A stretch of 63,733 nt of DNA, filler included, from Pelomyxa schiedti (Eukaryota > Protista > Evosea), in NCBI GenBank assembly GCA_020536535.1. It is 8 parts of 8 records of this genome, joined end to end, with 100 filler letters (N's around TTAATTAATTAA, not from the genome) between each part and the next. Parts side by side here need not be neighbours in the genome. Positions count along the whole stretch, not along the records: positions 1 to 29,355 come from JAHLWZ010000200.1; positions 29,456 to 35,627 come from JAHLWZ010001445.1; positions 35,728 to 42,611 come from JAHLWZ010001389.1; 5 more parts are not named here. The stretch is one strand, 5' to 3'. The number at the start of each line of letters is the position of its first letter. Position 1 is the first letter of the stretch. A program made the translations under genes and the position numbers. Below the pieces are notes generated by a model. The model ran no database searches and was not told where the DNA came from. It saw nothing but the letters and a program-made list of their open reading frames with translations. Shown in pieces: positions 26,422 through 38,829 of this stretch.

Positions 26422-28520
26422 CTAGAAAGTGTCAGAGTCTTGGAGTGAACCGTCATCGCCACCAAACGCGGTAGACGTGATGTAGCGCGACGCGTCCAGC
26501 ACCTCGTGGCTGCTGACGCAGTGCAGAACCCACTCATGGGATACCGGTGCCCACCCAGTAGCGGCGTGTACCTCGTTGGCGTGGCCGGCGGCGCCCGAGG
26601 CGTGAGTGACGACGTGGACGGTGGCAGTATGCCCTCCTTGACTAGTCACTGTGCCGTCTGTGATGAGTTGAGATATAGAGACAGATATAGTGTGAGGAGA
26701 GTTTGGTTTGATTTGATTTGATTTTAAATATTTACGGTAACTTACCTCTTAGTTGGGTTATGCTACCTGGGGCTGGTGGGCATTCGGTGAGGACTGTTCC
26801 TTGCCCATATTTGACCAGCTCCGCGAGGTGTTCACCAACCTGGAAAAAGATACGCGTCAGAATCGCCGGGATTGGAAAGAAAAACCTTGTGGAAGTTCTC
26901 AGGAATGCTGAAGTAAAACAAATGATCGGAGAATAGGCCTTTGGCAGCAGCAGAAATCATTCTTTCTTTGTGTAGTCTTCCTTTCATTGGAGCTCCAATA
27001 GCATTGGGATCGCCACTGGCTTCGTACCTGTTAATGGTTAAGCTCCTTTGTTGAGACACAAAGGTGATCACCTGGCCTCATCCAACCACCTTCCGGCTTT
27101 GAAGCTGTCAATCACCCATTGATAGGAAAGAATCCAGCATCCAGCAAGAACACCACATGCATACTTTAGAGTCATTTTCTGAACCCTCTGTGTTTCCGGG
27201 TGAACTTCAGTCACAATGTGAGTCACCTCTGAGCTCATTGTACACACAACTTTGCCTCCACATTTACTGGTAGTCATCCTGAGGTGCGAGTGTACAGTGT
27301 CACGCTTGTCATATTGAATGGAAGTTGACACAATTACAATGTTCCTCCTGGCACAAGTAGTTTGCATTTGCAGTGCGGATTTTGGTTGTAAAAGCTCGGG
27401 CTGGTTGAATACTGGTACTTCCATCTGCGTATGTTGAAAGCCTGTCGCGAAGGGTGTTAGTGATAGAATTTAGATTTCTTTACGTACCTCTGTCGGATAC
27501 CTCAGGCGCTTTCCCAAGAACAAACTCCTAGGGTGAAGATAAGTCTACGTATGAAAAGTTTAGTGCCTAAAGTTCACTAACAATGTCGCTGAATTGACAC
27601 TGAGTTTCCATATTCAACTCGTCTTTGTGTTTCATGTAGAAATCTCGAATTTCGGAGAGTGTAGTAGGCCTTGTCTTGGATGCAATAGTCCTTATTGTGG
27701 CTGCAACGGTCCATAAATCAGTTGTGTTTTGAATGGCAGTTGGTCCAATTGCTGAAGATTTCAGCCACGATTCAACTGTGGGAAACGATTGACTCTTTCC
27801 TTCGAGCAGGCCAGTCTCTGATACAGTGACTCGGTGAGGAAGGCATAGCCCATATCCAACATCTTGGAATTTAACAAGGAGAGAAATGAAACATGAAGGA
27901 ACATACAGTAAATTTTTTCGGCAGCAACTACCAAACTATTGTCAATCAAGTCCTTGAGAGATATTTGTGGAGGAGATACAGAACCAACAATTTCCGCGGC
28001 TGTTGTTCCTTCACCACTTGACACTAGCACTTTGAATTACCCACAGAATTGTCAGGGGAAAACAAAAAAAAAAAAAAAAAAGGCCAAAAACGGGGTGCAC
28101 ACAGTGGGGCAATGGCGAATTGGGACCGAGGCACAATCCACTACTTTTGATATCAGTCATTGCCTCATGGTCTTCGTCGTCAATAACCACCACATTCCTG
28201 TTGTTGTCCATGTTGTCATGTGTGGCACCGTTGCTCTCCTCAACCATAATAGTGACCCGCTGTCGCACCGATATACAAATAAAGGGCCAATATCATCCCC
28301 ACAGCAAAGATGTAAAAAAAAATATGTGCGCATTGCGTGGCGCGTGTTATTTTCAAGTTTTCCTTCGTAAGCTCTTCATCTCCAAACAGACACCCTCGTT
28401 TGTTCCGGCTTTTATCTACATCATGCCAAGAGGAGCACACCACACAAATAGTAGAGAGGAGCACAAACAGAAAGAGAGGAAAAAAAAGCACCACACAAGC
28501 ATTCAATTCGGGAAATTCCA
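26422..28520 (-). CDS. Tandem-BRCT protein (BRCA1/BARD1-type C-terminus); 5' exons and start uncertain
   Basis: VTHIVT...TLKYACGVLAGCWILSYQWVIDSFKAGRWLDEARYE, GAPMKGR, GLF, second repeat ending PVSHEWVLHCVS. Confidence 0.75.
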
Positions 28521-28729
28521 ATTTGGGTCAAGCAGGCCGTTTGGGAAAAGAATCGAATTCCTGGGAAGGAAAGGCGCACATAAATAGATCCCAGTAACAA
28601 AACACAATTAAATAAAAACAAAGTGGTGGTGTGGTGGGAGGAAGTAGCATGCAAGCAACAAACAGTATCAGCAAATTCCTGCCCTCCACAGCGTGACCAG
28701 CATCCCCATTTTCACACTGACACCCACAA

Positions 28730-29235
28730 AACATGATTCAGCATCCACCATCATAACACAACGTGATTCAGCACCCACAAGCATCACAAAAACAAAACTT
28801 GATTAGCATCCACTCTCACAACACAACGTGATTCAGCACCCACTGGCATCACACAACAAAAACGTGGTTCAGCACCCACCATCATCACACAACGTGATTC
28901 AGCACCCACAAGCATCACACAAACAAAACGTGGTTCAGCATCCACTCTCACAACACAACGTGATTCGGCACCCACTAGCCTCACACAACAAAAAACGTGG
29001 TTCAGCACCCACTGTCATAACACAACGCGATTCAGCACTCAATTCACATCACCAAGCCCATCCCATTCCCCTCACCCACACCATAATACACACAAAACGT
29101 GATTCAGCACCCACCGCCATTACACCACCAAAACGTGATTCCGCATCCATCATAGCACAACGTGATTCAGCATCACATAAACAACAACGTGATTCAGCAT
29201 CCACCATCATAACACAACGTGATTCAGCACCCGGG
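28730..29235. repeat. Minisatellite: about 15 units with core AACGTGATTCAGCAYCCA, alternating ~30/~36-bp units
   Basis: Read directly; the inter-core segments recur (CTCTCACAACAC, CAAGCATCACA, CCATCATAACAC). Confidence 0.9.
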
Positions 29236-29355
29236 CATATCTGGATCAATGGGCGGTGATTTTTTTTCCCGATCAAGTTCCTGTAAACGGCTCTGCCCCG
29301 TTTTTTTGGGCGGTGATCCAGTCAAAAAGCTGTGAAAAATCACTGCCCGGGGCGG

Positions 29356-29455
29356 NNNNNNNNNNNNNNNNNNNNNNNNNNNNNNNNNNNNNNNNNNNNT
29401 TAATTAATTAANNNNNNNNNNNNNNNNNNNNNNNNNNNNNNNNNNNNNNNNNNNN
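29356..29455. other. Artificial contig linker (N-run with TTAATTAATTAA); also at 35628-35727, 42612-42711, 47834-47933, 50508-50607, 56805-56904, 59413-59512
   Basis: Identical 100-nt format each time; the 12-mer gives stops in all six frames. Confidence 0.97.
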
Positions 29456-29774
29456 TTGGTCGTTGTTGGTGGGGTCTTCGAACGTCCAGACAAACGTCCA
29501 CACAAAACCATCAACATAACAGAAAGGAACACAAAAAACCCCGAGTGACGCTGGACCGGCCGAGTCCGGACCGGGGCAGGGGGTCCAGGGGGAGGGGCGG
29601 AGCCCCGTCCCCCTGGTGGGGTGCAGGGGCGAAGCCCCGCCGGGGGGCAGGGGCGGAGCCCCGCCAGGTTCTAGGGCGGAGCCCTAGCACCCCCACAAAA
29701 AAAAATCCACCATCACCCTGTCCTCTCCCATCACCACATCATTTCCCAGAAATTTTTTGGCGATCGTTTCCTTC

Positions 29775-30108
29775 ATGTTGCGGAACCTCCGTCGTCGCAC
29801 CAACTGTGTGTCGTTGTTGTTGCAGCTTCTTCTTATTTGTTTCCTTTGTTGTAGCTCGCCATCTACAAAACTTGATTGAAATTGAGCATCAACTTCAGAG
29901 GGAGGTTGCCAGTGACCAACATCATGAGCGTAGGCAGAGCCGTCACCATTACTCAGATAGTGACACTGATGTGAATGATGATTATGTGGAGGAGGAACAA
30001 CTGCCACATCATCATCCTGTAGCGAATACTGACGTTCACACAGCTGTGGATTCGAGAGCCACAGCACCAGCACCAGCTACTACAACAGCAACCACAACAG
30101 CAACAACG

Positions 30109-30160
<52 letters not shown>

Positions 30161-33100
30161 CCACAGCCAACACAACAAACATAATGAACACTGAACCAAC
30201 TGCAACAGTGACAACCACCTTCCCCTCATCGTTTCACATCCCAACAGACACTGAAATTCGACACCATCGACGCATTGCCCACCAAAATGATTGCCGTGTG
30301 AATCATAATCAACACATTTGGACAATTCGATCTGATTTTCACTGTGAACATTGTGGCTCTACAGTCCTAGGAGTCTCTTCATCAAACTTTTGTTGTCAAG
30401 CACACCCTGATCGATTTCCAGTGAATCTTAACAATTTTTTTTCATTTCTTATTTTTATCCAGGAATTACATGCACTTCCTGAAGTTATTGATACCTTTTT
30501 ACAATCCTGTCACAGTCATAGATCAGATTACTCTCGTGCATACAATGGTATATTAAATTTCACAGCAATTGGTACTTTTCACAGTGGAGAAAACCTACAA
30601 AAATAATGTATTTTTAGGTACTACAGGTATAAATTCACATTTCTTTGGACCTCCTCGAGGAATACAGCAAGGGCTGTATGCAATTCATGTTGGAGGAATG
30701 GTGTATCATAGGTTTTGATTGTTTTACCTTTTTTTTTCAAAACAAAACAAATTGTTAGATGTCTTGCTTTAGATGTGAACACAAGCCCCATGCAGATTTG
30801 GGCTTTTTATGAACCCTCTGCGATTCAACATAACAACAACATCAATGAGGAATTATTGCATCAATTATATCAAGCCTTAGAGGCTATCAATCCATTTGTG
30901 CCTGGGATTCGTCAGTTACAATATGAAGAAAGACACAACACTCTGCCAGAGAACATGCGTTTGAATTTGCAGTATCAAGAGAACCACAGTGACATCTTAG
31001 CATTGATAACCAATGTCACTGAGCCCCGACAAGGCTTTGTTGTGTTTTATGCTCACCAAGCTGATCAACCACACAATGGAGAGCAAATATATGTTAATAA
31101 TTTGAATGCAATGTATGAAACCTTGCAGTATCCATTATTGTTTCCGTATGGAGAACCAGGGTGGTCATTGCAAAGCACTGCAGCTGCTGAAGATGAGCAC
31201 AGTAACAACACTTTGTTGCAGTACACCAGATTCCGTATTTTACATGACCCAAGATTCAGAGGCACTGCACTTGCACAACAGTGGGTACTTGATCAATGGT
31301 TCCGTATTGAAGATCAAAGACTAGACTACCAACAAAACCAAAGCAACACACGCCTTGCCACTGTTGATGAGTTTGTTGCAGCTGAATCTGAAGGTCTCCC
31401 TACAGAACAGATTGGACGCAGAGTGTTTCTAACTAGCTCCTTTGTGGGAGGTTATCGCTACAAACAGCTCAATTTAGAAGATGCCATGGCATTGGTGTAT
31501 ACCCGAGGGCCACCAACATTTATGATTACATTGACCATGAACCCCAGGCACCCTGAAATACTGGCACACATTGGACCTGAAGAGACAGCATCCACACGCC
31601 CTGACATTACTGTTCAAGTTTTCAAGCTTTTACTTCGAGGTACCATTGCCAGAATTCGGACCACATTTGGCTCTCATCTAAATGGCATTTCATGGCTGTT
31701 ATATGTCATTGAGTTTCAGAAACGTGGTCTTCCTCATTCCCACATTTTGATCAGGACAAACCAAGCACCTTCACTGTCTCAACTGCCCACTTTTATTTGT
31801 GCGGAACTACCAAATGAAGCAACACAGCCAGTGTACTTTCAGTTGATCCACAGCCAAATGGTCCATCATTGCACAGCATCTTGCTCTCCCAATGGTGGGC
31901 ACTGTAGGCGTAGGTTTCCAGGCCAAATCACGCCACAAGCATTTATTGATGACCATGGGTACACTCACTATCGCCGCACATCTGTTCAAGACCAATATGT
32001 GGTTCCACATAACAGAGAGTTGGTTGAGTTCTCTCAGTGTCACACAAATGTTGAGTTACTCACAGGTGTCAAAGTTGTTGCTTATGTTTTCAAGTATTGT
32101 TTCAAAGGTGCTGACACAATACGAGCCTCAATTGATGATGAAATCAGTGACTACAAAACCTTTCGCTACTGCTCAGCAATAGAAGCTCATTGGCGAATAT
32201 TTGGCTATGATATGACTTCCAAGAGTCCCTCTGTGATTAAGCTTCCTGTGCATTTGGAAAATCAAAATTATATACTGTTTTCTGCAAACATGGCAAATGC
32301 TCCCAGACATGTGCTGGATGCTCTTCAATCAACTGGGGTGTCTGCTCTTGAGGTGTACTTTGAAGCAGCAATGCATTGTCCCATCATTGCCACTCGAAAC
32401 AGGATTCAAGCACTGAGGTATGATGAATTCCACATGCAGTTCATCTTTGAAGCACCAGGTCCCACTGCAAGAAGACTTCCTGAGTTACAACATAGTGACA
32501 CTGCTTGGACCATTCAAGTTGGTGGGCGCACTGTTTATGTGCATGAGAGAAGTCGTGGGGAACGTGTTTGTAGACTGCAAAAAGCATTTCCTAATGCTGG
32601 GGAAAGATACTACTTGAGGTTAATTCTGAGACACCATCCCTGTCACAGTTGGTTGCATGCTCGAACTTGGCTGAACCAAGAGTACCCCTCATTCCAAGCA
32701 GCAGCACGAGCCATTGGATTGTTGGCTTCTATTAATGAGTATGAAGAAGCTTTCCAAGAAGCAATTGGCAACAGTGCTTCTCCTCAAGAACTCTGAGTTT
32801 TACTGGCAATTTTAGCTGTGGATGGTGCCCCTATTGCTGCTTTATTTGAAACACACCGTGTGCTTCTTGCTTCTGATCTGGCAACCAACTTGATTGGCAC
32901 TGTTGATGATGTAACTGAGAGAACTAATTTGGCTGACAGGCACCTGCGCAGAATCCTTTGGGAAATATTTGCTTCATATGGCAAGTCTATTCTGAGTTAT
33001 GGTCTCCCAGAACCAGATGAACTTGATGAGCATGGCCACACAGAGCTGGAGAGAGAACAACACAGTGATGACTTAAGACAACTACACAATTTTGTCACTG

Positions 33101-35316
33101 AAACAAGGGAATGCCTGAGTGAGGAGCAGACACAAATAGCAGCACACATTTTGCAAGCAGCTTCTGCAGACCACACGACAGCACACTGTTTCTTTATTCA
33201 GGCCAAAGCAGGATGTGGGAAGACATTCCTGGCTCGGTATTTGTTATCCTCCTTGAGATTAGAACACCAAGTTGTCATTGCCTGTGCTTCTACAGCATTT
33301 GCTGCTCGACAGTATGAACGTGGAGGTACAGCACACATGGTTTTTGGAATTCCAGTGCAAAAAAATCTGGATATTGTTTCTCCTGACAGAATAACCTCCA
33401 ACATAGCACTCAACAGTCAGAGGGCAGCATTGCTTCGAGCCACAACAGTGATATTTTGGGATGAGATGCCCATGGCAAACAAAAGAGATGTGGCTGTTGT
33501 GGATGAGCTACTGAGGAGTCTGCATTCAGATCATTCTATCCCATTTGGGGGTACTGTTTTTGTAGGCATGGGAGACTTTGAACAAATACCCCCTGTGGTT
33601 CCTGGAGGAACAGAAGAAGACATCATCTCGAGTTCCATAGTCTCCAGTTACCTGTGGAGCCATTTTATGGTGTTGCATCTGACTCATCAGTTCAGGGCTG
33701 CCAGCGATCCTCAGCATCGTGACTTCATCAATTCCCTGGGTGATGGCTCTTTTCCATTGTACCATGGACCAAATGAAGAAGTGTACAATGTGGCATTGCA
33801 GAAAAGTGTGGAAGAACCCTACAGGTTCACACAGTCTCTTGGGGAGGCTGTTGCTTTTGCCTTTCCTGACTTGGGAAACATGTCAGCAGTTGTACAAAGA
33901 AGAATATTGTGCCTTAACAATGAGGCTTGCACAGAGATCAATTCAATGTGCTTGCACCATATTCCAGGATCTGCCTCAGTGGAGAATGACATTGTTTCTT
34001 TGTACAGTTCAGATGCCATTTCTGGGCAAGGACAGGACTGGGTCCTAAATGCAGTTGGTGAGCAGAACAGCCCAGGACACATGGAGTGGCTTCACTTACT
34101 CTCTGACTACAGTGCACCTCCTCATGAGCTACAATTGAGGGTGGGAGCATTAGTAATGTTGATGAAGAATCTGTCAATTCAAGATGGGCTCACAAACAAT
34201 TCTGTTGCCATAGTGTGCCACATTTCAACCAGGATAATTGCCATTGAACCTGTTGATATTGTTACTGGCCAACTGTGTGGCAGATTGTTTCAAATCTCCA
34301 GAGTTGTGTTCCAGTTTGTAGTCACTAAAGCACAGGCTGGAAGAGGGATTGATGTGGAAAGAAAACAATTTCCTTTAAGACTGGCTTATGCTGTAACTAT
34401 CCACAAAGCTCAAGGACTCACTTTGTTACAGGGGGTAATCGATTTGAGACATTTACCTTTCACTCATGGCCAACTGTATGTGGCTATGAGTTGCTTTCCT
34501 ACAGCAGAATCTGTATGCCTTTTATGTGGCCCAGATGCTGTGCATGAGAGAGTTGTTTTGTCCAGAAATATTATCTTTCTTCGGCTTTTGGAAATGGTTC
34601 AAGGTCACAGACTTTACCCAGGGGAGCCAAATAGAAGACAGCATCTTCAACTAAACAGTGTGCACTTCACATCAAGCCGGGGACACTATCAGCAACAGCA
34701 AAGATATTCTTTTGGATTAGTGACTGCTGCTTTAACCAGAGGAAGAAGAGGACAAGGAAGAGGAGGACAAAGAGGAGCAATACAAGGAAGAGGAGGACAA
34801 AGAGGAAGAAGAGGAGGACAAAGAGGACAAAGAGGAGGAAGAGGAGGAAGAGGAGGACAAGGAAGAGGAGGACAAAGAGGAGGAAGAGGAGGAGCAGACA
34901 ATTACAGGGAATTTGCCTTTAGACATCAAACACACAGTCGTTTTTTGATGCCTCTACTAATTGAAGCATTACATTTGGGGGGTGTGCACATTCCATCATA
35001 TAACCCAGAACAATGGGGTGATCCAAATCAGTGGCGACATTGGTTTCCACATTGGCAAGTATGGGCACAATCTTTGGTTGATAACAACCCAAACTTGAGG
35101 GGAGAGGGTGGAAGTAACCTGGTGCAGGCAACTGGTGCAAGGTTGCATCTTGGTGAACGCCTTTATTTTCCTGCACAGCTGCAAGATCAGTTCTATGACA
35201 ATTTACCTGAGGACATCCAACTTGAGCTGGACCAAGCTGGATATGTAGCCGCAGCAGCACATTTTCAGTTTCCACAAGCCCAAAACCCTTCAAATCAAGA
35301 CACCAATCTTCCTTAA
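29775..35316 (+). pseudogene. Helitron Rep/PIF1-helicase gene with 5' introns and one in-frame TGA (32794-32796)
   Basis: CEHC..FCC Zn motif; Rep: FMITLTMNP, IEFQKRGLPHSHILI (HUH), YVFKYCFKG (Y2). Helicase: AGCGKT, WDEMPM, GDFEQIPPV, QFPLRLAYAVTIHKAQGLTL, HGQLYVAMS. Confidence 0.9.
30080..30180 (+). repeat. (ACA)n trinucleotide repeat encoding poly-Thr in the Helitron N-terminus
   Basis: Read directly. Confidence 0.95.
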
Positions 35317-36171
35317 TCTGTGAACAACAAAATTTTATTGGATTTTTTTTGGACTTGCTGTCCGCGGCGCAAGCCAGGACCCCATTCTTGTCCCCTTAAA
35401 CTTCGGAGGGGATAGGCTCCGCTCCCTTGGGACAGTTGTAGGAGTTACAATCGTCATCACCTCAGAGAGTTCCACAATCTCATCTCCCCAGAAATGCGGA
35501 AAGAGACTTTGCTGGGATCTGAGCCGATCTGCTCCTGCTGCAAAGGGGGAAAAAAAAAAAAAAAAGAGGCAAAGTCTCTTTACAACTGCGTTTTAACAAA
35601 AAAACAAATAACCAACTGTGTTGCACTNNNNNNNNNNNNNNNNNNNNNNNNNNNNNNNNNNNNNNNNNNNNTTAATTAATTAANNNNNNNNNNNNNNNNN
35701 NNNNNNNNNNNNNNNNNNNNNNNNNNNTAGATAACTCGAGTTTTGGCCTAATGGGTCCTGTTTTTCACATCGAGTTTACCCCAGATAACTCGAGTTATTT
35801 CCCTTAAAATTCGATAAATAGGGGGTTAGCCAGAGTTTGGTCCATTGTTTGTTGTCGCCCGTCTTGATCACCGATGATCATTCTGTTGGAGTCTGGATTT
35901 CGCATAAACAAACAAATTTGAAGAACACAGCGGGGGAAAGAAGTGTCAAGGCCACGACTGGGAGTACTCCTAGAATGGCCGACAAACAAAGGTGGCACAC
36001 GAGATCCGAGATCTTCTTCTTCGTGCCAAATCGGAGGAGGCAATGACGACTTGCACTGCCTGAGCCAAAGTTTCCCGTGAGACCGATTGGAGTGGTGGTG
36101 GGTGGCCCAACAAACAACATCAGCAGGTTGGCTCGTAGATCTGATAAAACTGGACCAAAATCAACGTAGTC

Positions 36172-36700
36172 ATGCAAATGGACAATGGTGCTGCGGCGGA
36201 CAAGGCGGCGGCGGCGGCGGCGGACGAGGAGAGGCTATTTGCGGAAGAAACAACCTTCGTTATTGCAATGCTCAAAGTGGCGGAGCCCCTCCTTACCAGC
36301 TTCGACCCAGATTGGAAGGAAGTCACTGACTACGACGAGTACGACAGCGATGACTTCGAGGGTGCCGACTACGCGGACGTCCGCACCCTCGAAGCGTTCA
36401 CCGACGAACTAATAAGAAAAGGGCTGCCGTTGAATCCAGAGTTGTTTGTTCACCTCCCCCAGGGTGTGCCCGTAGATCTCGAGAACCGCCCAGTTGATGT
36501 GCGCCAATTACCCTTTTTCTTCTTTTAGTTCTTCACTTACCCACTCAAGGTGTTGCGACATTTGTGGTCATCCTTTCCAATTGACGAGAGGCATCACCTC
36601 GTGGAGAAAGTATTACGCGCTGGCTTCCAGAAGTGGAGGGATCAGAAAAGTCCGGTACTGCTGCCCCTTTCAATGAATGCCTTGCATTTACGTCATCTAA
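36172..36700 (+). CDS. Small acidic hypothetical protein with possible Cys-based metal site; 3' end uncertain
   Basis: Coding-like GC-rich exon (MQMDNGAAADK...), probable intron, then CDICGHPF...RYCC. Confidence 0.5.
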
Positions 36701-36875
36701 CCACATTCGAAGATTCCCTCTGATTCTGCACATCCTACGACTGGGACTACGACTACTACTACAACTGCTGCTGCTGCTGGTACTGCTCATACTGAGGTCC
36801 ACTCCCTTACTGCACCGATCTCTGGAACAAATTCTGCTGAGAAATTATCGGTAAAAGCAGTTCCCATTCTTTGAA

Positions 36876-38489
36876 TTGGTCGTATCTCTTACTTGCTCTA
36901 ATTTACAGTGTCCTGCCACAGATGCCCACCAGTCGCTCCATGGTAGTGAAAACACGGACAGAGAGAGGGACAAGGCTAGGGGCAGAGATAGGGGCCGGGA
37001 CAGGGATAGGGACAGAGAGAGGAACAGAGACGGGGATAGGGGCAGGGGTAACAAAGAGAGGGAGAGAGAAGGGGAGAGAGTTAAAGGAAAATACCAAGAG
37101 AGTGTGAAACAGAAACAGAGACAGAACAGAACCAAAGAGTGGAGTGATAGAAAATACCGGAAAGATCAGCTCCAACACAGCAATGGTCATGGCAAACCAT
37201 CAAGCACAGGAAAGCGCCCCAGAAGTGAGATGGAGAGTCAAAATTGTGATGAAGTAGCACTACAGCCAATGAAGCAAGTATATGTTGTGCGTTATCGACT
37301 GCGAGTCAAGGAACAGCTTCTTGCACTTGCCACAGCGCTGCACAGACGATGTGGGCAAAACAGTCCAGCCAGGATTCTTACAGGCCATGCTTTGCAGTAT
37401 TTGTCAGATATTTTCGCTCCTCACGACCGACTCGCGGTCTGCCTCGTACTGGATAAGCCTAGGAGCATGGTATTCACCTTTGGGCTCTATCAGAGGGCCA
37501 TGTCGATGGCGACAGGCGTCGTTGGGAATGCCACAACACAGCCTACTTCACGCGTGATCTCCGTGTCTCCCTCGTTCCACATCGACTGCATAAAGCGGCA
37601 TGACTATAGGAATAAGTCAGAGCTGCACATCGTCGACATCGTGACCAAAGAAAAGAAGGGTGCGATCGAAGTAAGAAACACCAGAGCACCTACCACCGCC
37701 AACAGCAAGTGGTGGGTGGTGTGTGATGACTCGAGACTTCATGTGATGAATAGGCTGGAGAGTTCCCACCGGGTCTCGTCGTTCGAATTTCCTGCTTTCA
37801 TGGACAACTGCTGCTCTGTTTCATTTGCGCAGCATGACTGCGATTGCGACCTTCTTGCTGTGGCTATTCAGAGAGCTCCTACTGAGCCTCTGACCTTGTC
37901 CCTCATTGACCTGAACAACCCAGTCTCATGCGAGTCATCGTCATCGTCATCGTCACCGTCACCGTCACCGTCACCGTCACCGCCGGTCGCTTTCGTGAGC
38001 CAGATCCATGTCGCACTTCCATCAGGACACGCCTACCGTGGGGCTGTCATCTTGCCCAAGGAGACTGGTGGCTTCACATACATCATACACACAGGTGTCA
38101 GTGGTGCAAGTGGGACGGTTCATATAATGAACGAGACAAGTGAAGTAGTCCGCAAGCCAATGCAGGGCGTGATGGCAATTTCGCAGCTCAACCAAAGGAA
38201 TGTGGTACTCGCCAGGGACGCGGAGTATGAGATTTGGGACTGTGAAAACCTGAAGGAGCCAACAAGAGTGGTTCCGTACAGACCTGGAACCTGGCTTGTC
38301 GTTGCCGAAGGTGGCAGCCTGCTACATATATCCCGAACCTCAATAACAGTAGTAGACCCAGACCTAGACTCGGTAACTCCGTTCTACACCGATCCAAAGC
38401 GTGACAGGGATCAAGGGACCATAATGCAGCTGTCATTTCCGGAGGCATGTGAGACCACCCTGAGGCATGTCCTTACTTCACATCTCTGA
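36876..38489 (+). CDS. HPRCG-family protein (RD-repeat N-terminus, beta-rich body); start uncertain
   Basis: EQLLALATALHRRCGQNSPARIL; ANSKWWVV; LSLIDL; ISQLN; YEIWDCENLKEPTRV; AEGGSLL. Confidence 0.78.
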   Translation: MVVSLTCSNLQCPATDAHQSLHGSENTDRERDKARGRDRGRDRDRDRERNRDGDRGRGNKEREREGERVKGKYQESVKQKQRQNRTKEWSDRKYRKDQLQHSNGHGKPSSTGKRPRSEMESQNCDEVALQPMKQVYVVRYRLRVKEQLLALATALHRRCGQNSPARILTGHALQYLSDIFAPHDRLAVCLVLDKPRSMVFTFGLYQRAMSMATGVVGNATTQPTSRVISVSPSFHIDCIKRHDYRNKSELHIVDIVTKEKKGAIEVRNTRAPTTANSKWWVVCDDSRLHVMNRLESSHRVSSFEFPAFMDNCCSVSFAQHDCDCDLLAVAIQRAPTEPLTLSLIDLNNPVSCESSSSSSSPSPSPSPSPPVAFVSQIHVALPSGHAYRGAVILPKETGGFTYIIHTGVSGASGTVHIMNETSEVVRKPMQGVMAISQLNQRNVVLARDAEYEIWDCENLKEPTRVVPYRPGTWLVVAEGGSLLHISRTSITVVDPDLDSVTPFYTDPKRDRDQGTIMQLSFPEACETTLRHVLTSHL

Positions 38490-38829
38490 GTTTGCTGCTT
38501 GAGATTCCTGGCCACCAAGGTAGGAGGACCCTATATGCACCCAACAACATCTGACCAAGTAACCTACCTCAGTAAGGCACACACAAACCTGTCGTTTTGG
38601 TACTCCACCAACAATGCATAAAAATAGAATGAACGCAGTTTCAGGGCTCCCCAAACAAAAAAAAAAAAAAACTTTTTTTTCCCCTCATTGTTCTTCTTGT
38701 GTGTTCCGGATATGGCGTTGGTTGTGAAATTGAACTGTGGTTGCGGAGGGTCTGTCTGTGTATGATAGCGTTGGTTGGTGCTTGTGATTGGTGATTGCAA
38801 ATGATATAAGAGAAAGAGTGGATATAACT

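Larger units (their letters stand above)
29540..35450 (+). mobile_element. Helitron rolling-circle transposon, near full length; termini approximate
   Basis: Rep-Hel gene preceded by a cluster of GC hairpins; exact TC/CTRR ends not identified. Confidence 0.88.

Noticed and set aside
28730-29235. CRISPR-like repeat/spacer look
   Set aside because: Spacers are short and themselves repeated, there are no cas genes, and the context is eukaryotic; it is a minisatellite
29400-29411. TTAATTAATTAA as a biological motif, or piggyBac TTAA sites
   Set aside because: Always centred in identical N-runs; an artificial six-frame stop linker
32794-32796. Alternative genetic code (TGA reassigned)
   Set aside because: TGA ends normal genes here (HydE, ADAT3, PP2C-like) and Trp is TGG; a CGA>TGA mutation is simpler
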